Assembly (NCBI GenBank): GCA_030141605.1
Contig: JAQGDQ010000112.1
Span: 496,001-560,000 of the forward strand
Length of the DNA stretch: 64,000 bases
From: Tubiluchus corallicola
Lineage: Eukaryota > Animalia > Priapulida
Reading direction: 5' to 3'
The translations under genes were made by a program, and so were the position numbers. Positions 51,301-64,000 of the stretch are shown here, in pieces; within the stretch, counting starts at the first letter, position 1, and each line of letters starts with the position of its first letter. The notes under the pieces were generated by a model. The model was given only the letters and a program-made list of their open reading frames with translations, did not search any database and had not been told where the DNA came from.

Positions 51301-54300
51301 TTCCCTATGTTGTTTTTCTTGATTTAATAGTACATTTTAATTATACTTTTCATGTTTTGCCAAAAGTAGTTAAATAAATTAAATGACTAAAATGTAATTA
51401 AAGAGTAGGAAAACAAATTCATTGGCTACTTACTTTTGAAATAACAGTTTTTGCAATTTACTCCGGCAGCTATTTCACCTTTCTCATCTTTTTCCTTCTG
51501 TCTTTCTTTTTCTTTGTCATCTTCTGTTTACTCTTCTTTAGTTTTCACGAGTACTATCTACTGCTGTTCCATACTGTTTGTCCTGCATTTATCTTACTTA
51601 GGTATATTATATTTTACTTATTTTGACTTACAGCTATTGTGAATGTTTTGCTCATGGGGAGCTATGTAAGGAGTGCAAGTGTGTTGGTTGCCATAACAAT
51701 CTTCAGTTTGAACAGTTGCGGTCAGCTGCCATCAAAAACTGCTTACAGAAGAACCCTCAGGCTTTTCGACCGAAGATCGGTACATTTTTGAAACAGCTAA
51801 CACGATTGACACACAGTCTATTTATGACAGTCATTAGTAATGTAGTTATTGTCAATTGTTGTTTTATTTCATGTTCTGATGTTAGTTGAGTAAATTTGTT
51901 AAGTTTTGAAGAAATTCATACAACACCTTATGTGATAAATTTGCAGTTACTACCTTTACATGGTATTTGTTAATATTGCTTATTGCTTTCAAAAATAATG
52001 TTGCCAAAGATTTTGGTTATCAAAACAACAATGTATATCGTATGTAACAATCAAGAAAGGATGATAATAATAATGTTAGTATTATATTATAATAATATAA
52101 TAGCCAGAAAAGATGAAACATTTCCCATTATATATATGTTATAATGATTATAATAACGACCTTTACTACCTTCATTTAATTTATTGATTTTTAATATAAA
52201 CTTTTATGTTATCTAAAAAACATTTTCATTTTTTCACTTTTTTGGTTATTTGTTTCTTTTATTTTAACTTCCTGGATAGTTGTCAAGCAAATTCATACAA
52301 AATTGGTCATCTATCTTTTTTCAACAGGCAAATCACCTAATGTGGATCAGCGAAGCCACAGCAAAGGCTGCCATTGTAAAAAGTCCAACTGTTTGAAGAA
52401 CTACTGTGAATGCTATGAGGTGAGTTTTATCTGTGCCATTGTATTTCTTCATTGATTACTGATTGTAAGTCTTGACAAATTCCCATGTGTGACAGTCAGG
52501 CAAAGCACACATATAGAAGCTCGGCTTTAGCTGTGTTATTGCACAACGTTGGAGCTTTTCCGATTGACTTTTATTGCCAAATAAAAAAAAATCATCGGTT
52601 ATTAAGGTATAAATCTTAACATTTGTAGTCAATTAACTATTATTGCTGTTCTGTTTTTTGTCTCCAAAATTCATAATAATTGTTCTGTCTTTCTTTGCCT
52701 GTATTTTTGTTCTGTATTTTTGAACATGAAGTGAAAAATGTTAAATGCTGACAAAAATTACCATTACTTGAAAAAAAATATCTGAAGTCCTGCATGCATC
52801 TTTATGAATTTACATTATTTTTTATGGATTTATGGCTTTATTGTTATCACATCAGTTTGCTGCAGTATTATTATCATAAAGCAGTGACTTACTTGACTAT
52901 ATTCAAAATACATATGCTTACTTGGCCATACTCAAAATGCATATGCTTACTTGAATGTACTCAAAATACATATGCTTACTTGACCATACTCAAAATACAT
53001 ATGCTTACTTAACTGTACTCAAAATACATATGCTTACTTGACCATACTCAAAATACATATGCTTACTTAAACTGTACTCAAAATACATATGCTTACTTGA
53101 CCATACTCAAAATACATATGCTTACTTGACCATACTCAAAATACATATGCTTACTTAACTGTACTCATAATACATATGCTTACTTGACCATACTCAAAAT
53201 ACATATGCTTACTTGACTTTGCTCAAAATACATATGCTTAATAGGACAGTACTCAAACTACATATACTTACTTGATCATGCTCAAAATACATGTGCCTAC
53301 TTGACCGTACTCAAAATATATATGATTACTTGTGCACAAACTTGTCAAAACTGTGACCCAGCCATCAGGATTTAAGTGATTTTCAGTTGTTGCTAACATT
53401 ACATCCATTGTGCTAACATTATTGCATGTGTTCTTGCTGTGTTTGACTTATTTCAATTTTTTATTTTTCTAAAAGAACATATTTCTTTGCAGCTTTTCTG
53501 CCATGATGGTATATTCGTTCTTTTCCAAATAAACTGCACATTTCATAGTAATTCTGTCAGCATCATCATCATCATCATATGCCCATCACGTCTTCAGTAG
53601 ACACTGGGCAGGCAGAATTCTTAAGTAAAAGAAATCTGCTCTTCAGATAGTTAAATGTAGCAGTTATCTAGCAAAAAACTAGACACTGCTATGCCAGTGT
53701 CTTAATGCACTACTTCTGGACAAAATAATTCTGTACTGTAATTTGAATACCATAAGTTAAAGTTTAGCATAACCTATTTAACTTTTCAAATGAAAATCCA
53801 AATAAACTGAAAGCCATACATTCAGTTGTTTTCTTAATGCAAGCACATCATCTAAGTTACGATAAAAGATTACTTATATTTTGCAAAAGGATTAGTTTAG
53901 AGCTTTACTTGTAATGTGCACTGTAATTTGAACTGTGATTTCAGTTTAGTTTAAAAAATTAAATCTCTCCATTGAATCAATGTTGTTTAGCATGTGTTAT
54001 GGTAGATTAACGATGACTTAATGGCAAGATGATTTTTGTATAGTTTTGTAACTTATTTCAGGCCAATATATTGTGTAACTATAAATGCAAATGTAAAGAC
54101 TGTAAGAACTATGAATCAAACGAGGAGAGAAAGTGCTTAACTGCAATGATGGATGTTGCAAATTCCAATTATGAACATCAGGGACCAATTCAGGCGAGTA
54201 AAGCAGTCAGTTCATTCCAGCGTAGATCAGGACGATCACCAACTAACAGAGAATTGTAAGCTCAGTTTCATTTTGCGCAATTATTTCTCTACGATTTTTA

Positions 54301-55637
54301 TAGTTCAAGAATAATTAAACAATTTAGAGCTGTCACAGGTGCAAATTCGAGTTCTTATTGTATTCCAGGTCCTCATTAGACTCCTCACTCACAAAGTCCA
54401 AGTTCAAATCCTTTATTTTTTTTATTTCAAGGTAAAGTGTCGCTTATATTGAGGTGCAACTGACTATTTCTTTTAAGCATAACAAATGTTAAAAATAATT
54501 ATTGAATTACATAAAACTTATTGTATTTGAGAAATATTGATGTATTTAATGTCGCTGAAGATAATTTATGGGGTGCATCTTTATAATCGTAGAGACAGAT
54601 TGTGCAAAAAGGGGGAACTCGAAGAAATAACTGGAATTGACAGATTTAGGGAGCACTATGAGCTCTTTTTGACACCAGTGGGATTTGCACAAGCCATCCG
54701 TGTAATTAGAAAAATATTGTGGCTATTTTATTCTAAATTTGTTGTTTAACTAATTGAGCAGTTTCATCTAATTTGCCGATAACTACTTTTTAAGTTTTAG
54801 CATATCTAATTAAATCACGTGCTGCTTTGCAGCTTCTTGAATGATGATTTTGGAAGCCATTTTATTTTACGATTAGTCAGAAAGTTTTATTTTTTGAATC
54901 TTACACCATTTTCATTTGTATAATTTGCATGTCTTTTTTCAGATTAACTAAAATTTGCACAGCAGGCCTATATAATGTGTTACAATTTGCCCGTTACAAG
55001 AGTAGTACATGAGAACGTAGTCTTTGTCATTGACTGCTAAATGAGCTGTAATTAGCAATCAATTAATTTTTTCTTAATAGTTGTGTTTGTTATACATGTG
55101 TATTAGTTGTGTATTTCGAAGATTGCTTCGGTCCCTTTTTTATTTCTTTTTTTAATTTTCTACAAAATTGTTGATAATGTAGCTTGTACATCGAACCTCG
55201 AATCATTACTTTTCCGCTTACCAAGTTTTCAGCCTTCATGTTCGTGTTTGTCTGTGACCTTATATTTCTCTTGACCAATGTCCGACTTTGGCCTTAGTAT
55301 TGACTTTTATCTTGACCTTAATGTTGCCCTTTGTCTTTCATTTTTGGTACTAAGTGCGTACCACATTTTTTCATTTTATTTTACATTTAGGCTTCCATTT
55401 TCATTCATCACACGTGAAGTCATTGAAGCAACCTGCTCATGCATGATGGCTCAAGGTCAAGAAGCTGAACAGGCTGGTATTTCTCGCGCTATGACGGAAC
55501 AAATCATTTTGAAGGAGTTTGGGCAGTGCCTATCTCAGATCATCGAATACGCACGTAAGACTTATGGAGAACAGCACATTCCGACAATGGATTGTAGTGA
55601 TTCCATCTTTCAACCTGCAGAACAATGTGAGTGTTAG
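45351..55637 (+). CDS. LIN54: LIN54/tesmin-like tandem CXC (CRC) domain protein, MuvB/DREAM DNA-binding subunit, ~465 aa
   Basis: Exons 45351-45471, 46354-46601, 46860-47012, 48374-48489, 50339-50419, 51634-51779, 52328-52419, 54062-54255 and 55391-55637, all phase-compatible GT-AG. CXC1 [22 protein letters not shown], hinge [12 protein letters not shown]2 [23 protein letters not shown]...CKC.DCKN, and the conserved C-terminus PFSFIT.EV.EATC.C...IL.EFG.CL.QII. The N-terminal exons are less certain. Confidence 0.92.
50388..51209 (+). repeat. Tandem array of 17 units (51 bp and 43-44 bp) made of the LIN54 exon end plus 5' splice site
   Basis: Unit tgcaactgtacaaggtctcagtgcttaaaact|gt(a/g)agtta(a/g)actcagttac; the first copy is the real exon/intron junction (50419/50420). 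Confidence 0.95.
52885..53331. repeat. Intronic minisatellite, 29-bp unit, ~15 copies
   Basis: atactcaaaatacatatgcttacttgacc repeated (ctcaaaa at 52931, 52960, 52989...). Confidence 0.95.
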
Positions 55638-55815
55638 TGTAGTGATTCCATCTTTCAACCTGCAGAACAATGTGAGTGTTAGTGTGGTGATTCCATCTTA
55701 TAACTTGCTTGGCAATGTGAGTGTTAGTGTAGTGATTCCGTCTTTCAACCTGCAGGACAATGTGAGTGTTAGTGTAGTGATTCCATCTTTCATGCTGCCG
55801 AACAATGAGTATTAG
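55593..55815 (+). repeat. Tandem array, 45-bp unit x5, spanning the LIN54 stop codon
   Basis: tgtagtgattccatctttcaacctgcagaacaatgtgagtgttag at 55593, 55638, 55683, 55728 and 55773. Confidence 0.95.
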
Positions 55816-56195
55816 ACAAGAATGGCCTTTGTGATGTTGAGTCCCCATGAAATTTGAATTTTTACAATGTTGGGTTTTACTGCATACTATTTTTTCCCAA
55901 AAATTGCTTGGAATCTTTTCTCTTTTTGCTTGTTAAATGCTTCTTAGTGATAACGTGTAAAATTAGAATATTTGAATTTGCAGAATTTGTCAAGAGAATT
56001 GTTGGAAAAGTTGTATTTGTTTATCAGCCACTTATGATTATTGAACCAATTGCTCTCAGTGTCATTTTATAACAGTGTAAAGGTGTAATACTATTTACAC
56101 ATTTATACCAAAGTAAATCACACCTGTCTGCTAAAGCTGTCTAAACAATTGGTATGAAAAGTATTTATATCTCTAGACATATCCGCATCCGAATG

Positions 56196-56370
56196 TAACA
56201 AATGAGGACATCTTATGACTGTGTTGCAGGGTAACTAATGCTATTTTTGACTATTTGTATATTACTATGAAAGTCTATGGGTAAAAATGAGGATATCTTA
56301 TGACTGTATTGCAGGGTAACTAATGCTATTTTTGACTATTTGTATATTACTATGAAAGTCTATGGGTAAA
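56196..56370. repeat. Tandem duplication, 85-bp unit x2
   Basis: aatgagga(c/t)atcttatgactgt...gaaagtctatgggtaaa at 56201 and 56286. Confidence 0.9.
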
Positions 56371-56679
56371 GTGCCAACTTTGCAGTTTAAGGCCATACAC
56401 TTCATACGTAGTGTCTTGTATATGTTTGCTAAACACTGCATAATAAACAAATTACAATTTTCTGCATTACCATTTATTATGGCACAGCACACCAAAATTT
56501 TGCATAATATTTAGCAATGGTTATCTGTCTTTTGTGAAACTTATTCTACAGAGTAAAAATACGAGTGCCGTATTTTGTATCAGGTTCTGGGAAACTGATG
56601 AAAATATGTAAGTGGCAGCTGCAGCTCTCTCTATGTTGAGTGCTGCTACTGTTGCTGCTTATCACATATCCCAGAATGA

Positions 56680-57210
56680 AGCCAAAATTCTTGAAATCTA
56701 ATTTGTGTTCTTTTTTGTTTTGTTCTATTATTATATTCTATTTTTGAGTGAGTTCTTCTTGTTATTTTATTTTTGAATTATTGTGTGAAACAGAACTATG
56801 CTTTGTATGATTGTTGAATTTATGTTGTTTTTATTTACACATGTGCAACTTACTTTATAATATTTTTTACTGCCTGTGCAGTAAAGTACTGCAATGCGGT
56901 ATCAAAACTCCCCAAAACTAAATTGTTTTTGCTTTGCTTTTACTGCAATTTATTTTTATTGAATTATCAATTATTCTGTTTTTGAATTATTGTATGATCG
57001 TTGAATTTTTGGTGTTTTTATTTATACATGTATGCAACACATTTTGTGCATTTTTTTTACTGCCTATGCCAGCAGTACCGAAAGGATGCCAAAATTCCTA
57101 AAGGCAATTTGCTTTTTTTTGGATTCTTTTTTTAAAGGAACAATCCTAATTATTTTATTTTTGAATTATTATATGAATTATTGCACTTTGCTTTCCTTGG
57201 TATGATTGTT
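56680..57210. repeat. Diverged ~200-bp T-rich tandem repeat, 2-3 copies
   Basis: gccaaaattc, tttttgaattatt, gtatgat(t/c)gttg and ttttactgcct recur in the same order. Confidence 0.55.
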
Positions 57211-60200
57211 GGCGTATTCATTTTTTTCTTACTGATGTATAACAGTGTCTCAAAGTGATGTCTTTTCCAGTTCTCAGAAACCACATTTATTTCATTTTAT
57301 CATTTATAAAATAGTACTAATGTAATTCTTACAGTTACCATTGCATTTTTCAAAATGCAACCCATTACATTTAGAAATTACACTGACGAAACATAACTAT
57401 TTACAGCTACAATTCCTTTTCTGCCATCAAAAAAGTTAAAAGTAAGCAGTTACAGTTGCTGTTTTTTGAATTAGTAACTGTTATTTGAAGTTATATATCT
57501 GAAGTTTGAAGTCTCGTGTGGGTATGAGACCATTGAAATTCATCCTAGAATGAATTTATATAGCTGATTTGCGCTTTAACAATAATCGACTGTACTGTAG
57601 GTATAGTTGATAAACACCTGGTTTGACTCTAGTCAAATTTAACAGTAAAAGTAGCTGTTATTTCTGTTACAGATTACAAAAAAAGAACTAGACACAGTTA
57701 CAAATTACTTCTAAAAAATTGTAACTTATTACAGTTTGTCATTTCACAATTTTGGAAAGATTTTTTGGAACTAGTTACATGCAATGCGTTACCCCCATAA
57801 CATTGTATTTTATATTTATATGAATTAGCCTTCTGCTTGTTATGATTGTTAAAGTTTTTGAGCTTTTTGCATGATATATAATTTAAGGTATATAAGTTTT
57901 TGTTTACATTTACTAATGTTCTGTGGTACTTCTATGTCTACAATTTTACCTTTTGTAAGTTTGTTCATTGTAGTACAGTATTGGTTTTCTGATCAGTTTT
58001 TCGTTCCTATGCAACTTTCCTAGTTTTAGAACAACTTTGGTATTGTAGCATGTTTTTGAGTGTCTCATAATATTATGTTGTAGCATGCTCAGTTTTTAGC
58101 TAGGTTCGTCTTAGTGAATAAGTCTTGCCTAATGTCAGTGGTAACAATGATAATAGTTACTCTACAGAAATAAAAAAGCTACCTCCAATTTTGTATGATG
58201 TATGTAATAGAAGTATGTTTCTATAACCATTTTAGCCTTATAGTACATATTTCTGGAGCAGACAGTGTACATTCTGCAGATGTTTTGATTATGTAGTTTT
58301 CCATATTTTCCAGATTGCTGAACTTTAAGCAATGTAAACCAGTTAGTTTTTTTTATTTCAAAACTATATTGTGGAACTATTTTATATGTGCATAGTAAAC
58401 ATCTGTTTGACGGTACGTCACATTTTTATTTCCTTATTTCATTTTGTTTTGTAAACATTTTTGCGAGTTTATTTTGAATTTTTATTGGAAACTAATAAAT
58501 AATTCTTGTAAAATTACTATCAATGGTATTTATACTATTCTATCTATCTATCTATGCTAGTATAATTGTAATTATTAACTGCATTTATAATAAACTTTTA
58601 TTTTATTACAAAAGAATACTGAGCAACAGTAATAACAGTGGTAGTAGCCTAATAATAGTAGTAAACTATATTTGTGGTAGCTAGCAGTAATGATGGCAAT
58701 GAGAGTAATAGCAATAGCTGCAGCAACAACAGCAATGCTAATGTCATCATCAACAACTACAGCTGTCGGTAAAGGTATGTTACAAAGCTATTATTTTGAC
58801 AATGGTATTGGATTTTACCTGAAACATCATGCCTGTCCGTTAGTTGAATATTAACCACATTTTTAAAATTATATTTTATTACTGACCAAAGTGCTTGTTT
58901 GACATTGCCAGAAAATTGCTAAGTCTATGTTTCAAGATTATTAAGAATAGAGTTACAAAATCCTAGTGAGATTCTAAACATAAAGAAATATTTTAAGCTC
59001 CTACATGTAGATTAATATTATTCATTTTTGTTCTTATTGGATATTGTATGAGCTAGTAAACTTTTAAAATAAGGTGGTGACGCCATGGTTTGGAGAAACG
59101 GTATAAAACAGGTGAGCGTTACCAGCGTAGCAGCGTAAACACGTCTGCTCAGGTTGGAAACCAGTTTGTCCATTGATCATTGAGCATTCAGCATTTGAGC
59201 ATTGACCATTGAGTATTGCATGCAGAAGGCATCTGGATGTAATGACGAGGCAATTTCATGGCATGCATGAAGGTGTCATAAGTTGGATTTATTTGAGGAT
59301 GCTGTTGCATGATATCTTTAGTGTGCTGTAATTCTGATGAATAATCTTCAAGAGAACTAAAGTCCTCAAGAACATGTTACATTATAATTCTAATAATTAT
59401 AACATATATCATGTGTTATAATTAACGTTATCAATGATTAATCACCATCATCGTCGCCAACAAGAAACAACCTTTCTTTGCGAGGCTTCCGCTGTCACAG
59501 TTAAGCTGCAGTAAGCTGTCTTTATGCTTTGATTTACAAGGCATGAAATTTGGTTTGCAGATTTATAGTGATCAGGATGAAATTATGCCAGATATTTATC
59601 TTACACAGTACTTAACCAATCGCAGTTTGTTGGCTGATGAATTCGAGCAATGATCGTTCTCAGCAGGGATTCTTGCCTAATTCTTTCAAATATGCTTGTA
59701 GTTGCTCATAATTGCTTTTAGTCTGAACTGCAGAGCCAGTTTGGTGTTGCATTGTCATTAATGGCTTTTGTTGAAACTTTGTAATAGGCCTATGACATGA
59801 TGTGAATGTCATTTATTTCATTAATTCAGATTTATTAATGTAAAATAATTCTAAGTAATTATCATCACTGTAGATCGACAGGGCGAAATCTATAAGTAGG
59901 CTTTTTGCCCATGGTTGTCTCTCTTTGATAAACCTCTGTTATTTGTTTTAGCACAAGTTTTCGCTCTCGCGTTTTATAATTATGTAATCTCTCAAGTGGA
60001 AGTGCTGCCTAACGTTATAATGTTAACAAGATTTGCTTATCAAAATAAAGCAGACAGCAGCTCTGTGGGGTGGACGCTTGATAGCCACATGGTCTTTTTC
60101 CACCCTTGTCTCTCTGTCGTTCTGCACCCTGATTTATTATTAATTACTAATTCGTTATTGTATTATAAATTTTATGTATTGGAGAAATTAATAAATTCAT

Positions 60201-60969
60201 TTCAGTTTAATTTTGTAGTAGTTGTGTTGACTGCTCACGCAAAAATGCGCTTCATCGGAATAGATATTATATGCCCATCCCCAATCCTTCCTTGGTTCAG
60301 GTGACCAGTTGTCAGTGTGCCACAAATAATGTTTTCCGGAAATAAAATGAACGTGAACAAAAATTCGATGTAATGACCACTTGCCGTTCCATCATTGGAA
60401 CTCTTAGCAGATTTCCTGACGTCACCAATATTATGTTTCTGCAAGTTTTCTTATTTTTCTCTTAAGGGGTTTAAACTACAGAAATTGCGACTGTTTTTTC
60501 TAGTTTCAATAGTTACGTATGTTTAGTAATCTACTGCCTTTTCATACTTGCAGGTAAATTCAGTAATTCGTCTCTGTATGGTATTTTAATAATTGCTAAT
60601 GTGTATTAATTTCGTTCATGGAAACTGTTCAGTAATTATTGTGAAATTCCTCAAACTCAAACTGGGTTAAAGTAATTAACCTGGTGCGATAGTGTTGTTT
60701 TCTAGAATAAATTGAAATGAAAGTCTAAGGAATAATGCCAGGCGTCCAGAACCAGAGGATTTGAAAATTACAGTCACAGATATTCTGGTAAAATCCGGAA
60801 ACTTAAGACGCCTTAAAGGCGCTATTACACTTTCGCACCGCCTAGCTTTTTATAGGTTATTACTCGTTTTTAGGCTCGTAAGTCATCATTCTATTATTCT
60901 TACGTCATCAGTGAATGTTTCCGCTAATCTAATTGTAATTTAATCTTATTTAGGCATAATTACCAATAA

Positions 60970-61385
60970 TTACGCTGTATTCACAGTTCGACACAGTATC
61001 GCCATCTTGTTTGTGTGTGTGGTCACGTGACGAATTTCGTACTAGTTTATGCATTATCAGGGCCTAGCTTAAAAGGCATGTGACACACTTTCATCTTCAC
61101 CGCATTTACGAAATAAAGAAAAAACCTTTACTTTTTTATAATCTAATAGTGATAATACTACAGTAATAAATAAAATTAATGATAAATAACTGTAGTGGTC
61201 TAAAATAATTTCCCGCGATACGATACAAACTCCCGTAGCTGCAACCCTAATAATCATAAATTATGCGAAGAAACTAAAAATACAGGTTAAGGGCCAACAC
61301 GTCACTGTGCGAGAGCGATTGCGCAGCAGTGATGTAAACACGGTTATTCACGTGCAGCTTTTAATGGCGGCAGTAGGTAAGTAAT
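60970..61385. promoter_or_regulatory. Candidate bidirectional promoter with two divergent short first exons
   Basis: Locally CpG-rich; palindromic GTCACGTGAC at 61022 and CACGTG at 61349. Minus strand CAAGATGGCG (ATG 61005) has a donor gtaatt at ~60973; plus strand ATGGCGGCAGTAG|gtaagt at 61364-61382. Confidence 0.45.
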
Positions 61386-64000
61386 GCATGATTTTAATCT
61401 GATTTTAATCTGTACTTATAAAGCGTACGCAGCAATAATATTATGGGAATATGGTGTATATTACGCCTGTTGGTCTGCTTTCTGGCCTGCAGATGTGAAA
61501 AGAACCAATAGGCCAGGAAAAGCTAGGCGGTGCGAAAGTGTAATAGCGCCCGCCTTAAATGTCGCATTGCCCGAATTAAACGTTTATTCAACTAAAGTAA
61601 ATAAAGCAACTGTGCTGTGGAAAACATTACAACCAGGGTTAATGAGAATATTTGATGCTAGATATGCACTGGCGACTAGATCATTTGTATTATGTGTAAT
61701 TATAGACATCCAAGAGCTTGCTGGCATTATAGAAATTTGTAAGTTCTTTTCTCATAACTGAGAGGCGTTTATTTAAATTTATGATGCTTAAAATACTATT
61801 TAAGCTTTTGTTTCTTGATTTGGAACTGAGAGGATGAAAGTAAAATATAACAGTGATGGTGCACATTCGCACTTTTGATTTTCACTTCTTAGTTACTTAT
61901 GCTGCAGCATTTTATGTACTGAGTGTGAATAAATAAAACGTGTCAGTTGAGCTTATAAGTCAGAACAGTTTGAAACTGTAGTTAGACATGACTGTTACAT
62001 TCTAATCATTACTCGTGACTTACTGGCCAAAATAGTTAACTAGCATTTAGAAAGTTTTTAATTATGCTTACATGCAAATCACTTCAAGTTTTAGTTTAAC
62101 CTTATCTAATTTGTAGAGTTAGTAGTAAATATAATATGTAATAGAATGTTAATTTGAGTGTTAATTCGAACTTTAGCACAAGACATGACATTTCAACCTA
62201 TATTGAGATATAAGAAACCTGAAATGCTTTGATAGCAGTTTGATGTGGGTGCAATTGAGCAATTTGCTCAGTTCAGTCTAAACTATCTAAAAGCTGCAGA
62301 CTCATTAAGGTCATACACCCTATCATCTCGCGGTATAATGACACTACATCCAGAAGTCACTACGAAGAACCCTTTGACTTCGGTTGCAGCTGTTCTTCCT
62401 TTACTCTGAAAATCAGCCAAGTGCAACCAGATGTAGGGCCTCACTCCCATGCACTACCTTAACTGTAAGTTTGCTTGTAGAAGTTGGTATAATTGCATTG
62501 TCTGTCATACAACTTTTACAATTGATTTCAGTTCTGACTCAGTACTTTTATATTTGAGTTTTACATTCATCACTTTAGCAAAACAAAAAACTAAATTTTT
62601 AGTTAAAGTTGAAAATGTCACAGCGTTGCAGGTAAAGATTGTCTATGTTTGATACATAAAAGATACACATAATCAGGAAGTTTGTAATATGTAGAATTGG
62701 TAATATGCTATATATTTTTACAGGACAGCTAAGAACTTGTGTAATTTTATGAAACTTTTCATGTTTGTGTTTTTGAGAAGTTGAAAGAAATGCTCAAGAA
62801 AATTTTTCAATGTTATGCAAAATTTTGAGAGGACTGAACAGGTGTTGTAAGTATCGCCATTTTTCGCTGGCATTATACAAAAAAGCATACGAAATTTGCA
62901 TTCTAAGAAAAATTGATAAAATTTACCTTGATCGCACGAATGTGTACTTCAGCTATCATGCAGTAACATGCTTTAGCTTTGTTTACTATGACGTCACAGC
63001 AATAATGTGACAGCTTTGTGAAGTCCTCAGACTAAAGCTAAGTCTCTGTGAAGAAATATATATCTATATATGTGTATATATATTACTGAGCTTCGTATAC
63101 ACTGGACAGCATTCAGAAATTGGTTGACAGAGTTTAGTAGCTTTTAAAAAAATGTTTTTTGTATGTCATAATGCAGGGTTCATAAGTCAGCATGGAAATT
63201 TGTTCGTTCTTATTGGCAACAATTCTGAAGCTTCAAAAATTGCTGAATTTTTATGACACCTTCAACAAAATGATGTGGGATGGTGGACACGTGGTTTTCA
63301 GCCACACAACTAAACTGAAATCCATTTATTTTTCATTCTTGCAAAGTTTAGGATAGGCCTACTTATTAACTAATACTAAACTAATCTCTAATTGAATAAA
63401 GATTATAGCACCATAAAAGGATTTACCGTTTCAGGGAGGATATTATTGGTTTAAATGTTAGTGAACATAATATCCGTCATTAATGGGAAATTACTTGAAA
63501 ATATATTCATGTAAGCTTAGAACTGCCAATTGTTCAAATATAGAAATAAAAGCTAAATCATGTTAAGTAACCGGAGTGGGTTATCCCTGAATAATGTTCA
63601 GTGCTTTTGTTGTCAATCTTAGGTTTTTGTGGTTACGAAGAGATTGTGAGATTTATTTTTGGTCAAGCTTGTAAATAAATTTTATTGCTGTCTCAACTGA
63701 GGGTTTTCTTAATGAAAATAAGAACCGGCATCCACTTAAGCAAAGACATGGCTTTCATTCAGACACAATATCTGTAGCATTTTGACCAATGTGTCTGAAT
63801 AAAGGCCATGTCTTTGGTTAAGTAGGTGCTGGCTATTGTTTTCATTTTAAGTATTTGTTTTCCTCGTCATCAATAAGCCTTTTCTGTTTCATTGTGCCAT
63901 ACTTTAATACCTGGCTCGATCATATCAGGTAAATCAATATGTAAATTTATTTTCATTGCACAAATATAATTAATTAAAAAGTTTCAAAAATGCTTATATT

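Noticed and set aside
50388-53331. Regular repeats resembling CRISPR arrays
   Set aside because: Head-to-tail units with no unique spacers, no cas genes, and a eukaryotic intron context.
55519-55848. Repetitive 98-aa and 102-aa ORFs at the LIN54 3' end
   Set aside because: By-products of the 45-bp (multiple of 3) tandem unit.
59610-59790. Minus-strand SNYEQLQAYLKELGK, faintly like CDK2AP1
   Set aside because: Short, followed by a stop, with no splice support; likely chance or decayed repeat.

Overview
AT-rich animal (invertebrate-like) genomic DNA with spliceosomal introns. There are no prokaryotic features, CRISPR arrays, rRNA or tRNA genes. Reading splice sites by hand gives five protein-coding genes: a 9-finger C2H2 zinc-finger gene (+, 4.4-5.6 kb), a secreted ~693-aa Gly/Tyr/Lys-rich repetitive protein (-, 10.1-14.1 kb), ATP synthase coupling factor 6 (-, 20.2-22.1 kb), a secreted divergent PEBP-family protein (-, 29.3-33.5 kb) and LIN54/tesmin-like CXC protein (+, 45.4-55.6 kb). 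A candidate bidirectional promoter lies near 61 kb. Between the genes are CR1-like LINE relics with a conserved 3' stem-loop, hAT-type MITEs with 8-bp TSDs, a Polinton/adintovirus-like polymerase relic and several tandem repeats. The most unusual signals are two tandem arrays inside LIN54, each built from an exon end plus a 5' splice-site motif (17 and 5 copies); a PEBP exon bracketed by an inverted repeat next to a probable GC-AG intron; and a splice acceptor 13-27 nt before the ATG in all five genes. All gene models are manual and have no transcript support.
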